Assembly (NCBI GenBank): GCA_964615915.1
Contig: CAZTSQ010000002.1
Coordinates: forward strand, 25,119 to 89,118
DNA: 64,000 nucleotides
Reading direction: 5' to 3'
DNA from: an uncultured Sangeribacter sp.
Lineage (GTDB): Bacteria > Bacteroidota > Bacteroidia > Bacteroidales > Muribaculaceae
The notes under the pieces are model-generated. The model made no database searches. It saw nothing but the letters and a program-made list of their open reading frames with translations, and was not told the origin of the DNA. Shown here one piece after another: positions 1-10,126 of the stretch (positions are counted from its first letter, which is position 1; each line of letters begins with the position of its first letter). Made by a program: the position numbers and the translations under genes.

Positions 1-2
1 AG

Positions 3-1247
3 GCCCCGGTAGACTCTGCGTCTCTTCCGATGCTCGGCTGGGAAACGGTCTTCACCGATCCTCTGCTTCAAGGATATATCCGAGAGGCTCTCGACAACAA
101 CACGAACCTTGAAAATGCGCGCCTCAATGTCGATATTGCCCGCGCGCAGCTTCAGGGTGCGAAGTTGAGCTATTTCCCCGCGGTTCAGCTAAACCCCAAT
201 GTCGGCACCTCGAGCTATGGCGGATCGGATATGAAGCTTTCGTATACGATTCCTTTGGCTATCTCATGGGAGATCGATGCGTTCGGCAAGATTCTCAACC
301 GCAAGCGCGGTGCCAAAGCAAGTGTCGAACAGGTCGAGGCATATCAGCAGGCAGTGCGTTCACAGATCATCTGCGGCGTTGCTTCAACCTACTACACCCT
401 GGCTCTCCTCAACCAGCAGCTCGAGCTGACGAAGCGGACGGCACTGATCTGGAAAGAGCAGGTACAGACCATGGTCGACATGAAAGAGGCCGCAATGACA
501 ACCGAGGCCTCGGTTGTTCAGAGCCGTGCCAACTACTATTCGATCCTCTCGTCGATCCCTGACATCGAAGCGAGCATCGTGACAACCCAGAACGCACTCG
601 CCCTGCTTCTGAACACATATCCGAGAACGTTCGAGGTCACCTCAGACCTGACCTTCACGCTTCCGGCAGACATCAAGAACGGAGTGCCGATTTCATACCT
701 GGCGGTTCGTCCCGATGTCCGTGCCATGGAACGTTCGTTCGCGGCCGCTTATTACGCCACCAACTCTGCCCGCGCTGCATTCTATCCCTCGATCATGATC
801 TCGAGCAACGGCGGCTTCACCAATCTGTTGGGTTCAATCATCAAGAATCCGGGCGAATGGTTTATCCAGCTCGCCGGTTCGCTGACAGCTCCGATCTTCT
901 CGCGCGGTCAGAACATCGCGACCCTCAAGGCGGCGAAGGCACAGCAAAAACAGGCCCTCAACAACTTCGAGTACAGTGTGCTCAGTGCGTCGGCCGACGT
1001 AAGCAACGCCCTTTGCGCCATCGAGAAGAACGCCGTGAAACAGGAACTGATTCTCCAGCAGGTTGACCAGCTTGAGAAGTCGGTTGAGTACACCAACGAT
1101 CTGTTCATGCTCAACCGCGGAACATATCTTGAACTCCTCACGGCCCGTTCTCAATTGCTCAACTCTCAGTTGGCAAGTCTCGCGTGCATGCATTCACGGG
1201 TCTCGTCGCTCATCAGCCTTTATCAGGCTGTAGGCGGTGGCCACTAA
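3..1247 (+). CDS. TolC/NodT-family RND efflux outer-membrane channel (5'-truncated by window edge)
   Basis: Frame is open from position 3. Two OEP repeats (SWEIDAFGK; RPDVRAMER..ARAAFYPSI) and the typical C-terminal LYQAVGGG. Confidence 0.9.
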   Translation, partial: APVDSASLPMLGWETVFTDPLLQGYIREALDNNTNLENARLNVDIARAQLQGAKLSYFPAVQLNPNVGTSSYGGSDMKLSYTIPLAISWEIDAFGKILNRKRGAKASVEQVEAYQQAVRSQIICGVASTYYTLALLNQQLELTKRTALIWKEQVQTMVDMKEAAMTTEASVVQSRANYYSILSSIPDIEASIVTTQNALALLLNTYPRTFEVTSDLTFTLPADIKNGVPISYLAVRPDVRAMERSFAAAYYATNSARAAFYPSIMISSNGGFTNLLGSIIKNPGEWFIQLAGSLTAPIFSRGQNIATLKAAKAQQKQALNNFEYSVLSASADVSNALCAIEKNAVKQELILQQVDQLEKSVEYTNDLFMLNRGTYLELLTARSQLLNSQLASLACMHSRVSSLISLYQAVGGGH

Positions 1248-1275
1248 TCGAAAACTAACCTTAAATCATACGAGT

Positions 1276-2073
1276 ATGGCTTCTAACATCAGCAATCTGG
1301 CTTATGTCAGCCCGAAAGCGCAGATCGGCGAGAACGTCACCATCGATCCCTTCGTGTATATCGAAGATGATGTCGTGATCGGCGATGACTGCCGAATCCG
1401 TGCGCATGCATCGATACTGAACGGTGCGAGGATCGGCCGTGGAAACGATATATTTGGTGGTGCCATCATCGCCGCCACGCCACAGGACTTCCGGTGGCAT
1501 GGCGAAAAATCGTACGTGGTAATCGGCGACAACAACCGAATCCGCGAACAGGTGATCATCAACCGCTCGATTCGTGAAAACGGCGAAACCGTAATCGGAA
1601 GCAACTCCTACATTTTGGCTCAGTCGCACATTGCCCACGACACCAAGATCGGTGACTACACCGTTTTGGGCAACGGGGTGAAGATCGCCGGCGACTGCAA
1701 GATCGGCAGCTACACCATTCTGTCGACCGGAGCCAAGATCCATGAGAAATGCGAAATCGGAGACTGGGTATTGATCAAGGGGGGATGTCGTGTAAACGGC
1801 CACATCCCACCCTATGTGATCATGGCCCACAACCCGATCACCTACTACGGAGTCAACGAGGTCATCCTGAAGAAGGGTGGCCGCTCGGACGAAGTGATCA
1901 AGGATATCGCGAAGTGTTACCGCCACATCTACAAGTCGACGACAGCGGTCTACAATGCGCTTCGCCGCATAGCCGAAGACATCACTCCGAGTGACGAGCG
2001 CGATGCGATCATCGACTTCATCAAGACTCACGACTTCAAGCTCGCAGCCCTCAACAAGGACTCCAACTCCTAA
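1276..2073 (+). CDS. lpxA: Acyl-ACP--UDP-GlcNAc O-acyltransferase-like protein (divergent LpxA paralog)
   Basis: Hexapeptide left-handed beta-helix, PQD motif, NRIREQVIINRS, SHIAHD with the catalytic His, and a helical C-terminal domain. Start set at ATG 1276 (MASNIS). Confidence 0.8.
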   Translation: MASNISNLAYVSPKAQIGENVTIDPFVYIEDDVVIGDDCRIRAHASILNGARIGRGNDIFGGAIIAATPQDFRWHGEKSYVVIGDNNRIREQVIINRSIRENGETVIGSNSYILAQSHIAHDTKIGDYTVLGNGVKIAGDCKIGSYTILSTGAKIHEKCEIGDWVLIKGGCRVNGHIPPYVIMAHNPITYYGVNEVILKKGGRSDEVIKDIAKCYRHIYKSTTAVYNALRRIAEDITPSDERDAIIDFIKTHDFKLAALNKDSNS

Positions 2074-2078
2074 ACACG

Positions 2079-2109
2079 AAACGGCCGCCCAAATTCGGGT
2101 GGCCGTTTT
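2079..2109 (+). terminator. Intrinsic terminator after lpxA
   Basis: AAACGGCCGCCC-aaattc-GGGTGGCCGTTT hairpin followed by a T-rich run. Confidence 0.8.
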
Positions 2110-2129
2110 GATTTTTTGGAGCAAATACT

Positions 2130-2137
2130 TAATTTTG
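2130..2137 (+). promoter_or_regulatory. Bacteroidetes housekeeping -7 promoter box for the TrmH-family gene
   Basis: TAATTTTG matches TAnnTTTG and lies 4 nt before ATG 2142. Confidence 0.7.
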
Positions 2138-2141
2138 CGTC

Positions 2142-2942
2142 ATGATACATGAGGTAACAGATATCAATGATCCACGACTGGCACCGTTCGCGAGATTGAC
2201 AGAGGCGCAGCTCCGCAATCGGCTCGAGCCCGAGAAGGGAATCTTCATAGCCGAAAGTCCCAAAGTGATAGCTGTGGCGCTCGACAAAGGATACGAACCG
2301 TTGTCGCTTCTTTGTGAACGCAAACATATCGATGGAGACGCTTCGGGGCTTATCGAGAGAATGCCCGGCGGCGAGATTCTCACCGGTTCCCGGGAACTGT
2401 TGGAGACGTTGACCGGTTACAAGTTGACACGCGGTGTTCTCTGCGCGATGCGAAGACCGATGCCGAAGTCTGTCGGCGAAGTTGTAGAAGGCGCGAAAAG
2501 GGTAGTGGTCATTGACTCGGTGACAGACACAACAAACATAGGCGCGATCTTCAGGTCGGCCGCGGCGTTGGGTATCGACGCCGTCCTGCTGACACCGACG
2601 TCGTGCGACCCTTTGAACCGGCGCGCGGTAAGAGTGTCGATGGGTTCTGTGTTCCTGGTTCCGTGGACATGGCTGAAAAAGTCTCCGGCAGAGCTCAGGG
2701 ACTTCGGTTTCAAGACTGTAGCCATGGCATTGGTCGACAGATCGGTCAGCATTGATGACCCGATTCTGAAGGCTGAGCCGAAGTTGGCGATTGTCATGGG
2801 TACGGAAGGAGATGGGCTTGCGCGCGAGGCTATCGAAGAAGCTGATTACGTCTGTAAGATACCTATGTACCATAACGTTGACTCCCTGAATGTAGCCGCG
2901 GCGTCAGCGGTTGCGTTTTGGGAGTTAAGGGCGAACCGTTGA
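2142..2942 (+). CDS. TrmH/SpoU-family RNA 2'-O-methyltransferase
   Basis: SPOUT motifs: DTTNIGAIFRSAAALG, VMGTEGDGL, IPM...VDSLNVAAASAV. Confidence 0.92.
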   Translation: MIHEVTDINDPRLAPFARLTEAQLRNRLEPEKGIFIAESPKVIAVALDKGYEPLSLLCERKHIDGDASGLIERMPGGEILTGSRELLETLTGYKLTRGVLCAMRRPMPKSVGEVVEGAKRVVVIDSVTDTTNIGAIFRSAAALGIDAVLLTPTSCDPLNRRAVRVSMGSVFLVPWTWLKKSPAELRDFGFKTVAMALVDRSVSIDDPILKAEPKLAIVMGTEGDGLAREAIEEADYVCKIPMYHNVDSLNVAAASAVAFWELRANR

Positions 2943-2958
2943 GCGATTAGGGTCGTTA
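2933..2958 (+). promoter_or_regulatory. Putative ECF-sigma promoter of the MFS gene
   Basis: GAAC-N17-CGTTA, 17 nt before ATG 2976. The motif recurs elsewhere in the window. Confidence 0.55.
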
Positions 2959-2975
2959 TAACATAAAACGATTCT

Positions 2976-4259
2976 ATGGAAAACACTGAAAAGGGGACCG
3001 CGTCGGCGATGACCGCGGGCTCTGAGGCTGTTCAAAAGCCTGATAAGGCTCCCAATGCTCCAAAAATTGGCAGCGGAGGCTATTTTGTATTTCTTGTCAT
3101 CTATCTCGCGCTTCTGAGTGCGTTCGGTTCGTTTGTAAACGATATGTATCTGCCGACGCTCCCTGAGATGAAGCGTGCGTTCAATTGTTCAGTATCTACC
3201 GTTCAACTCGGATTGACATTCGGAATGATAGGACTCGGCCTCGGCGAGCTCATTCTCGGTCCGCTGAGCGATCGTTACGGCCGAAAACCGATTCTTCTAG
3301 GTTCGCTTGTCGTTTTCTGTATCGGCGCGGCGGCCAGTGTCTATTCTCCGACCATACATGCCTTCCTTTGGTGGCGTCTGGTCCAGGGTCTCGGTGCCTC
3401 GGGTGGTTACTTCCTTGCCCGCACCATCCCCGCTGACCTCTATGGCGGCCGACAATTGGCCAAGGTGATGGCCCTTGTCGGAGCAATCAATGGTTTCGCA
3501 CCTGCCAGCGCACCGGTTGTCGGCGGTTTGGTGGCTAAATCTATCGGGTGGCGCGGTATCTTCTGGATCCTTTTCGGATTCAGCGCCCTTCTGCTGATAC
3601 TTTCGCCGGCGCTGAAAGAGTCGCTTCCTCCATCGAGACGAGATAAAGGGAGATTCGGAACTGCTTTTCTGAACTATAAGAGCCTCGTCAAGAACCGTAG
3701 GTTTGTCACTCACGTGATGCTGAAAGGTTCGGCCCTCGGAGTCCTGTTCGCCTACATTTCTTCCGCTCCGTTTATCATCCAGACCCACTACGGATACTCA
3801 CAGTTGCAGTTCGGTCTGTGGATGGGTATGAACGCGTTGTTCGTGGCTGCCGGCGCGACGATGGCCCTAAAGTTCAAACCTCTGAAGAAGGCGGCGGTAT
3901 GGGGTGCGCGTATCCTGATGTTGATCTCCACAGCCCAGGTCATCTGTTTCTTCCTGTGTGATCACTTCTGGCTTTATGAAGGGCTAAACATCCCCATGTT
4001 GGTTTGTCTCGGCATGCTCTTTACAGTCGGCAATACGTTGTCCATGAACGAAGGCCGCAAGTGTGCCGGCGATGCTTCGGCCCTTATAGGAATCGTCGGC
4101 TATATCTTCGGCGCGTTGGTGTCGCCGCTGGTCGGAATGGGTAACATTCTCCATTCTACTGGCCTCGCTTTTGTATGCCTGTCTGTATTGGTACTCATCT
4201 TCGCCCGGATGTCAAAGAAGTTGCCGGCAGACCTAAATGCTCAGCCGGATGCTGACTAA
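2976..4259 (+). CDS. Bcr/CflA-family MFS drug-resistance transporter
   Basis: NDMYLPTLP and GPLSDRYGRKP (MFS motif A), with about 12 hydrophobic segments. Confidence 0.92.
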   Translation: MENTEKGTASAMTAGSEAVQKPDKAPNAPKIGSGGYFVFLVIYLALLSAFGSFVNDMYLPTLPEMKRAFNCSVSTVQLGLTFGMIGLGLGELILGPLSDRYGRKPILLGSLVVFCIGAAASVYSPTIHAFLWWRLVQGLGASGGYFLARTIPADLYGGRQLAKVMALVGAINGFAPASAPVVGGLVAKSIGWRGIFWILFGFSALLLILSPALKESLPPSRRDKGRFGTAFLNYKSLVKNRRFVTHVMLKGSALGVLFAYISSAPFIIQTHYGYSQLQFGLWMGMNALFVAAGATMALKFKPLKKAAVWGARILMLISTAQVICFFLCDHFWLYEGLNIPMLVCLGMLFTVGNTLSMNEGRKCAGDASALIGIVGYIFGALVSPLVGMGNILHSTGLAFVCLSVLVLIFARMSKKLPADLNAQPDAD

Positions 4260-4295
4260 CATTCAAACTTATTTCGAAATTCAAAATCTTTTCGT

Positions 4296-4303
4296 TAATT
4301 TTG
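4296..4303 (+). promoter_or_regulatory. -7 promoter box for the LysM-porin-cdsA operon
   Basis: TAATTTTG in an AT-rich intergenic region. Confidence 0.65.
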
Positions 4304-4370
4304 CAGATTGAAGCCGAAGAGCCGTCGGACGATTAACAAGGTTCGGGGTTGGAGGCTTCAATCTGTCGTT

Positions 4371-5882
4371 ATGAAGATCAAGAAACTGCTCAAATACACG
4401 TTGGTCAGCTCAATGCTTGTACCGATGGCCATGATGGCAAACGACGAGACGTCTTCGCTTCCAAAGGTAGAGCGAGACGGTCTCGAGTTTTATCAGTATG
4501 AAGTCAGACATGACGAGTCCCTCTATGGAATCTCGAAGCGTTTCGACTGGGATATAGACGAGATAATAGCTTATAACCCGGAGGCCAACGGCTCATTGAA
4601 AAGGGGCTTTTTACTGTACTATCCCACCGGTAGGACCGTGAAAGTCACGCCCGCTCAGCCCAACATGCCGACAGTCGGCGATTCTGAACTCCCGGAGCTT
4701 GCGGAAGCAAAAGCAAAGGCCGAGGCTCCCGCCGAAGAACCTGTCGAAGAGGAACCTGCCGGAGCGGGAGTGCCCGTGACGCTGCCTGATTCGGTTCTGA
4801 TCGAGGAGAAACCGGAATCTGCCTCTGTGTCGCGAGAGGCCAATGCTCCCGTTGATCCAGACCGTGAGCTGAGACTCATTCTTCTTGTCGAAGATCCCTC
4901 TTCAAAGAGAGAATCTGAATTTGCCAAGGGCCTGTTGATGGCTCTCGACGCAATTAAGGGAGACGAGAAAAAAGTGCAGCTGAAGATCATGCAGGCGCCG
5001 AAGAATGAGAGCGGGGAGGTAGAGGTTCTTGAGGAAATTGAGACTTATGAGCCCGAACTGATTTTCACGACCCATGAGAAAAACTTTCCGACTTATCTTC
5101 TCAACTATGTCAATCAAGGGCCGGCGGAACTTGTCAATGTCTTCGACGTTAAAGACAATGCGTTCGAGAAGAATCCCGGAGTGGTGCAGATGATGACTCC
5201 GTCCGCATCCTTCAGCAAGGATGTGGCCGATTTCGCAGCCTCGCGTTTCAGAGACCGCGATCTGATCGTGATCGGCACGACAGACAGTGCGGACGAAGTC
5301 GGCTCACTGATGGTCGAACAATGGCCCGGACGCACCGTTGACTCAGTGACGCCCGAGATGTTGACCGACATGGAGTTTGACGAAAACCGCTCATATCTTC
5401 TCTATGTCAACGTCACCACCAAGAACGACATCAACCGGCTTCTGACTCTTATTGCTGAAAAGAAACAGCAGTTCCCCCTGGCCGACATTTCTGTCTTCGG
5501 GCGCGCCAACTGGATAGTGTATGCCGATGCTTTGAGCGACAAATTCTTCGATGCGGACGTATATTTCCCTTCGCGCTTCTATTTCGAGACTGACAGCCGT
5601 CGGGGAAAAGAGTTTCGCTCAAAATTTAACGACCTGTACGGTCATGCTCCGGTCAAGAGTTTTCCGATGTTCTCTGTCGCCGGCTATGACGAGGGCCGCT
5701 ATTTCCTCGATGCGCTTCGTGTCAACGGTGGCAACTGGAATCGGGCGGCCGTTGGTGTCGGTACCCCCCTTCAGGCCGAGATCAGATTGCAACCCGTTGA
5801 GGACGGCGGTTTCGTCAATCCGGTCTGCTATGTCGTGAGATTCGCGCCTTTCAAGATGATAGATAAGATGCCGTTGAAATGA
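4371..5882 (+). CDS. LysM peptidoglycan-binding protein with a C-terminal periplasmic-binding-protein-like region
   Basis: Signal peptide from ATG 4371, LysM (YEVRHDESLYGISKRF...YNPE), acidic/Pro linker, C-terminal AGYDEGRYF..GGFVN typical of the Bacteroidales family. Confidence 0.8.
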   Translation: MKIKKLLKYTLVSSMLVPMAMMANDETSSLPKVERDGLEFYQYEVRHDESLYGISKRFDWDIDEIIAYNPEANGSLKRGFLLYYPTGRTVKVTPAQPNMPTVGDSELPELAEAKAKAEAPAEEPVEEEPAGAGVPVTLPDSVLIEEKPESASVSREANAPVDPDRELRLILLVEDPSSKRESEFAKGLLMALDAIKGDEKKVQLKIMQAPKNESGEVEVLEEIETYEPELIFTTHEKNFPTYLLNYVNQGPAELVNVFDVKDNAFEKNPGVVQMMTPSASFSKDVADFAASRFRDRDLIVIGTTDSADEVGSLMVEQWPGRTVDSVTPEMLTDMEFDENRSYLLYVNVTTKNDINRLLTLIAEKKQQFPLADISVFGRANWIVYADALSDKFFDADVYFPSRFYFETDSRRGKEFRSKFNDLYGHAPVKSFPMFSVAGYDEGRYFLDALRVNGGNWNRAAVGVGTPLQAEIRLQPVEDGGFVNPVCYVVRFAPFKMIDKMPLK

Positions 5883-6562
5883 AGCGTGTCCTGATCTCTT
5901 TTTTCCTGACTCTGTTGTTGGGTATCGGTTTGGCTGGTGCCCAGTCGCATTATGACTCGAACATCTCGCTCGGAGTCAGGGGGGGAGCCGATATGTCCAA
6001 AATGTTCTTTCACCCTTCGGTTGAACAGCTTTTCAATTTCGGAGCGACGGCCGGCATAACGTTCCGATATGTGGAAGAACGACACTTCGGCCTGATTGCG
6101 GAGTTGAATTTCTCCCAGCGGGGTTGGAAAGAAGATTTTGAAGACGCACCATATAACTATAGCAGGACGCTCAATTATCTTCAGCTTCCGATACTGGCCC
6201 ACATTTACTTCGGCCGACGCGGTCGCTTCTTTATCAACCTCGGTCCGGAGTTCGGATTGATGCTCGGCGACAAAACTTCGGCCAACTTCGATCCGACTCA
6301 GATAGAGACCCTACCGGATTTTCCATACAAGAACAGGATGACCTCACAGCTTACTGAACCGGTGAAGTCGAAGTTCGATTATGGAATCACTGCCGGCCTC
6401 GGCGGGGAGTTCCTTGTCAATCCCCGCAACTCGCTATCTATTGAAGCGCGATTTTATTACGGTCTCGGAAACGTCATGGCCGCTAAACGAACAGATCCTT
6501 TTCAGACTTCGACACAGATGACGCTGTCGCTGGCTATCGGGTACTGGTTCAGGATCAAATGA
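5879..6562 (+). CDS. Outer-membrane beta-barrel (PorT/porin family) protein
   Basis: Signal peptide, amphipathic strands (ELNFSQRGW, LNYLQLPILAH, EARFYYGLGN), C-terminal YWF. ATGA overlap with the upstream gene. Confidence 0.8.
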   Translation: MKRVLISFFLTLLLGIGLAGAQSHYDSNISLGVRGGADMSKMFFHPSVEQLFNFGATAGITFRYVEERHFGLIAELNFSQRGWKEDFEDAPYNYSRTLNYLQLPILAHIYFGRRGRFFINLGPEFGLMLGDKTSANFDPTQIETLPDFPYKNRMTSQLTEPVKSKFDYGITAGLGGEFLVNPRNSLSIEARFYYGLGNVMAAKRTDPFQTSTQMTLSLAIGYWFRIK

Positions 6563-7425
6563 AAAACTCAAAAAAAGAACAATCAGTCAGAGATATGAAT
6601 AAAGTAGTTGTCCGTTCACTCTCGGGAATAGTATATATGGCGATCATAATCGGCTGTATCTTTCTCGGCGTACATGCCGTCACTGTTCTCGCACTCGTTC
6701 TCGGAGCTCTCGGACTTCTGGAGATATACAAGATAACTGAGGGGTTGACTGACGACGCAGTGCCTCCGATGATTCTCGACTATTGCGGAGTGGCGACGTT
6801 GATCATCGGGTGCTACAGGACGGAGTTCCTGTTCCTTTGGCCGGTGATTCTGATGATCCGATTCATCATGGAGCTTTATCTCAAGGCGCAGGATCCAATC
6901 AACTGTCTTGGTCGATCTGTTTTCGCTCAGGTTTATTTAGGGTTCCCATTGGGCCTGATGCAGAATCTCGAGACGTATAACGGAGGAGGTTCGTGGGGTC
7001 ATGGGTTCGCACTGTTGGCCATCTTCATTATGATATGGCTCAACGATACGGGTGCCTTCTGTGTGGGTTCTCTCTGCGGCAAGAGACGGTTGTTCGAACG
7101 CATCTCTCCCAAAAAATCATGGGAAGGTTTCTTCGGCGGTCTCGGCTTCAATATCATCGCCGCCATCATCTTCTGTTACTGCTGTCCGAACATTTTCGCC
7201 ATCCATGAAAATGTATGGGTATGGCTTGGATTGGCGGCTGTGGTGACTGTTTTCGCCACATGGGGAGATCTTCTCGAATCATTGATGAAACGCACCTATA
7301 ACGTCAAGGATTCCGGTCACTGGATTCCTGGACACGGCGGTATCCTCGACCGAATCGATTCACTTCTCTTCGTAGCTCCGGCCTCAGCGATCTATCTTCA
7401 GCTTTGCCACTGCGCCATAATTTGA
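6559..7425 (+). CDS. cdsA: Phosphatidate cytidylyltransferase
   Basis: WLNDTGAF, ISPKKSWEGFFGG and GDLLESLMKR..VKDSG..IPGHGGILDRIDS signature. The start could also be 6595. Confidence 0.95.
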   Translation: MKNSKKEQSVRDMNKVVVRSLSGIVYMAIIIGCIFLGVHAVTVLALVLGALGLLEIYKITEGLTDDAVPPMILDYCGVATLIIGCYRTEFLFLWPVILMIRFIMELYLKAQDPINCLGRSVFAQVYLGFPLGLMQNLETYNGGGSWGHGFALLAIFIMIWLNDTGAFCVGSLCGKRRLFERISPKKSWEGFFGGLGFNIIAAIIFCYCCPNIFAIHENVWVWLGLAAVVTVFATWGDLLESLMKRTYNVKDSGHWIPGHGGILDRIDSLLFVAPASAIYLQLCHCAII

Positions 7426-7481
7426 GGATTTTTTTCGGTGAACTGAGTTAGATCTTCCACGCGGTCATCAGGAAAAGTTAA

Positions 7482-7509
7482 CGGGCTCGCAATTTTGGTT
7501 GCGAGCCCG
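7482..7509. terminator. Hairpin between convergent cdsA and ftsH (probably bidirectional terminator)
   Basis: Perfect 11-bp inverted repeat CGGGCTCGCAA-ttttgg-TTGCGAGCCCG. Confidence 0.7.
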
Positions 7510-7526
7510 AATTATGTGTAACGAGA

Positions 7527-9701
7527 TTATCCCTTGGTGAAAGGGGGAGGAGTCCCCGGATCTTCGGGATCTTCCGTCTTGTCGTCTGCCTTAGGCTGTG
7601 GTGTGGGGTTGGCTTCATCAACTTTCGGATCAGATTTCTGGTCGGCCGGTTTGATATCAAACGGCTCCGAGAATCCAGGTTTCTTGCGGTTGCGGTTGAT
7701 GAATTCAGGAGCGGGATTGGCTGCCTTCTCCTTCGCGCGCTTCTCTTCTTCCTTCTTGTTGAGCTCTATGATCTCGTCGGTGCGCGAGCGCCATTTACGT
7801 TTGCCGAGAATGGCTTCGACGTCGTCATGATAGATCACCTCGCGCTCAATCAGCAGATCTCGAATCTGGTTATGCTGGGCGGCATACTCGCGAAGGATGG
7901 ACTTGGCGCGTTCGTATTGTTCGTTGACGATACGCATCACCTCTTCGTCTATGATTCGGGCCGTTTCTTCAGAATAGGGCTTAGTGAAGCCGTAGTCCTG
8001 ACCTGTCGAGTCATTGTAGTTGAGGTTGGGGAGACGATCGCTCATGCCGTAGACGAGCACGAGTGAGCGGGCAAGCTTGGTGCACTTTTCAAGGTCGTCT
8101 GAAGCACCGGTACCCACCTGGCCGGTGAAGACTTCTTCGGCTGCGCGACCTCCGAGCATTCCGCACATTGTGTCGAGAAGTGCCTGGGTGGGAATAATCT
8201 GACGGGCCTCGGGAGCGTACCAAGCCGCGCCGAGAGCGCGTCCGCGCGGAACGATGGTTACCTTAACCAAAGGATTGCCATATTCGGTCAGCCAGCTGAT
8301 CGTGGCGTGGCCTGCCTCGTGCGTGGCGATTGACCGTTTTTCGGCATCGGTGATGATTCGCGAGCGCTTCTCGAGACCACCTACGATACGATCGATCGCG
8401 GCCATGAAGTCATCCCAGTCGACAGCCTGCTTGTTGTTGCGGGCGGCGATAAGAGCGGCTTCGTTGCAGACGTTAGCTATGTCCGCACCCGAGAAGCCCT
8501 GAGTCTGCCGGGCAAGCTGTTCGACATCCAGTTTGGCGTTGGCCTTGATATTGCGAAGGTGAACGTTGAAGATCTCGACACGGTCTGTGAGTTCGGGGAG
8601 ATCAACGAAGATCTGGCGGTCGAAACGTCCCGGGCGGAGGAGCGCCTTATCGAGCATATCGGCGCGGTTGGTGGCCGCGAGGATGATCACACCATTGTTG
8701 GTACCGAAGCCGTCCATCTCGGTCAGCATCTGGTTGAGGGTGTTCTCTCGTTCGTCGTTTCCGCCCATGCTCGGGTTCTTTCCGCGTGCACGGCCTACGG
8801 CGTCGATCTCGTCGATGAAGATGATACAGGGCGCCTTTTCTTTAGCCTGTTTGAAGAGGTCGCGGACACGGGCCGCGCCGACACCCACAAACATCTCGAC
8901 GAAGTCTGAACCCGACATCGAGAGGAACGGGACATTGGCCTCACCGGCGACAGCCTTGGCCAACAGGGTCTTACCTGTTCCAGGAGGACCTACGAGAAGT
9001 GCGCCCTTGGGAATCTTAGCTCCCAGTTCGGTGTATCTCTGCGGGTTTTTGAGGAACTCGACTATCTCTTCGATCTCCTGCTTGGCCTCTGCTTGACCGG
9101 CGACGTCCTTGAAAGTAACGGCCGGACCGTTGCCCTTATCGAAGACTTTTGCGCGAGACTTACCTACGCTGAAGATACCTCCGCCGCCTCCGGCACCTCC
9201 ACTCATTCTGCGGCTCATGAAGTACATGAAAGCAAAGATGAGAAGAACCGGGCCGAAGTACCAGAAAAGCTTCATCAAATCGGATCCCTTTTCATAATTG
9301 ACCTTTATCTCGGGTTTTCCTTCGGCACGAAGTGTCTCGTTCCATTGGTCAATCTTATCCTGGATCTTATCGGAAGAGGGGACAACCGTCTTCAGATGCA
9401 GTTCCTCGGTTGCGAAGGCTGAGTTCCGGGCCATCTCCATTTTCTGGTTCTTGATGCCCTGCTTGGTGAGTGTGCCTTCGGCAGTGTTTGTCTCGGCTAT
9501 GACGTCGATCTTTTCGAAGTCACCGGCTAAAGCGGCCTGCTCAAAATCTGTCCAATCGACTGACTTGCTCTGTGTTCCATCCTGGAAATAATAGAGCGCA
9601 AGTAGCGAAAGGATAATGAGAGCGTACATCCAATACATGTTGAACAACGGTCGCTTGTTGTTCCTGTTTGGACCTTGGTTCGGTTTACGGTTTGGAAACA
9701 T
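7527..9701 (-). CDS. ftsH: ATP-dependent zinc metalloprotease FtsH
   Basis: Two N-terminal TM helices, Walker A GPPGTGKT, Walker [26 protein letters not shown] zinc motif. Confidence 0.98.
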   Translation of the reverse strand: MFPNRKPNQGPNRNNKRPLFNMYWMYALIILSLLALYYFQDGTQSKSVDWTDFEQAALAGDFEKIDVIAETNTAEGTLTKQGIKNQKMEMARNSAFATEELHLKTVVPSSDKIQDKIDQWNETLRAEGKPEIKVNYEKGSDLMKLFWYFGPVLLIFAFMYFMSRRMSGGAGGGGGIFSVGKSRAKVFDKGNGPAVTFKDVAGQAEAKQEIEEIVEFLKNPQRYTELGAKIPKGALLVGPPGTGKTLLAKAVAGEANVPFLSMSGSDFVEMFVGVGAARVRDLFKQAKEKAPCIIFIDEIDAVGRARGKNPSMGGNDERENTLNQMLTEMDGFGTNNGVIILAATNRADMLDKALLRPGRFDRQIFVDLPELTDRVEIFNVHLRNIKANAKLDVEQLARQTQGFSGADIANVCNEAALIAARNNKQAVDWDDFMAAIDRIVGGLEKRSRIITDAEKRSIATHEAGHATISWLTEYGNPLVKVTIVPRGRALGAAWYAPEARQIIPTQALLDTMCGMLGGRAAEEVFTGQVGTGASDDLEKCTKLARSLVLVYGMSDRLPNLNYNDSTGQDYGFTKPYSEETARIIDEEVMRIVNEQYERAKSILREYAAQHNQIRDLLIEREVIYHDDVEAILGKRKWRSRTDEIIELNKKEEEKRAKEKAANPAPEFINRNRKKPGFSEPFDIKPADQKSDPKVDEANPTPQPKADDKTEDPEDPGTPPPFTKG

Positions 9702-9750
9702 TATGGGATTCTAAGGTAATTAAATCAAAATAGGGGATATCCCGGACCTT

Positions 9751-10110
9751 TCAGTCAAGATCCGGGATAACGGTCATATCGGCGTCGTTCCATAACTCTT
9801 CGAGTCGATAGAACTGGCGTGTATCGGGTAGAAAGATATGGACCATCACATTTCCATAGTCAATGATAATCCATTGTGAGTTCCGGTAGCCGTCATAGTT
9901 CACCGGTTTCTCGCCCATCTCCTTCTGTACACGCTCGCGCACACTGTCGGCGAGAGCGCTGACCTGAGAAGTCGATTTTCCGGTTGCGATGACAAACGCG
10001 GAAGTCGATGCTCCGTCGACTTTCGAAAGGTCGAGAACCTTGATCTCGGTTCCCTTCTTATCCTGGAGCGCTTCGATTATTTCGGGTACAATATTATTCT
10101 TATCTGTCAT
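9751..10110 (-). CDS. rsfS: Ribosome silencing factor RsfS (Iojap)
   Basis: ALQDKKG, WIIIDYGNVMVHIF and RQFYRLEELW motifs. Start set at MTDKNN. Confidence 0.93.
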   Translation of the reverse strand: MTDKNNIVPEIIEALQDKKGTEIKVLDLSKVDGASTSAFVIATGKSTSQVSALADSVRERVQKEMGEKPVNYDGYRNSQWIIIDYGNVMVHIFLPDTRQFYRLEELWNDADMTVIPDLD

Positions 10111-10126
10111 TTTAAATTCTTTAGGT

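Noticed and set aside
1261-2873. Long antisense ORFs here and at 12922-13869, 34232-35134, 50284-51081 and 53500-54390
   Set aside because: Shadow frames of well-conserved genes caused by codon bias; no recognisable motifs.
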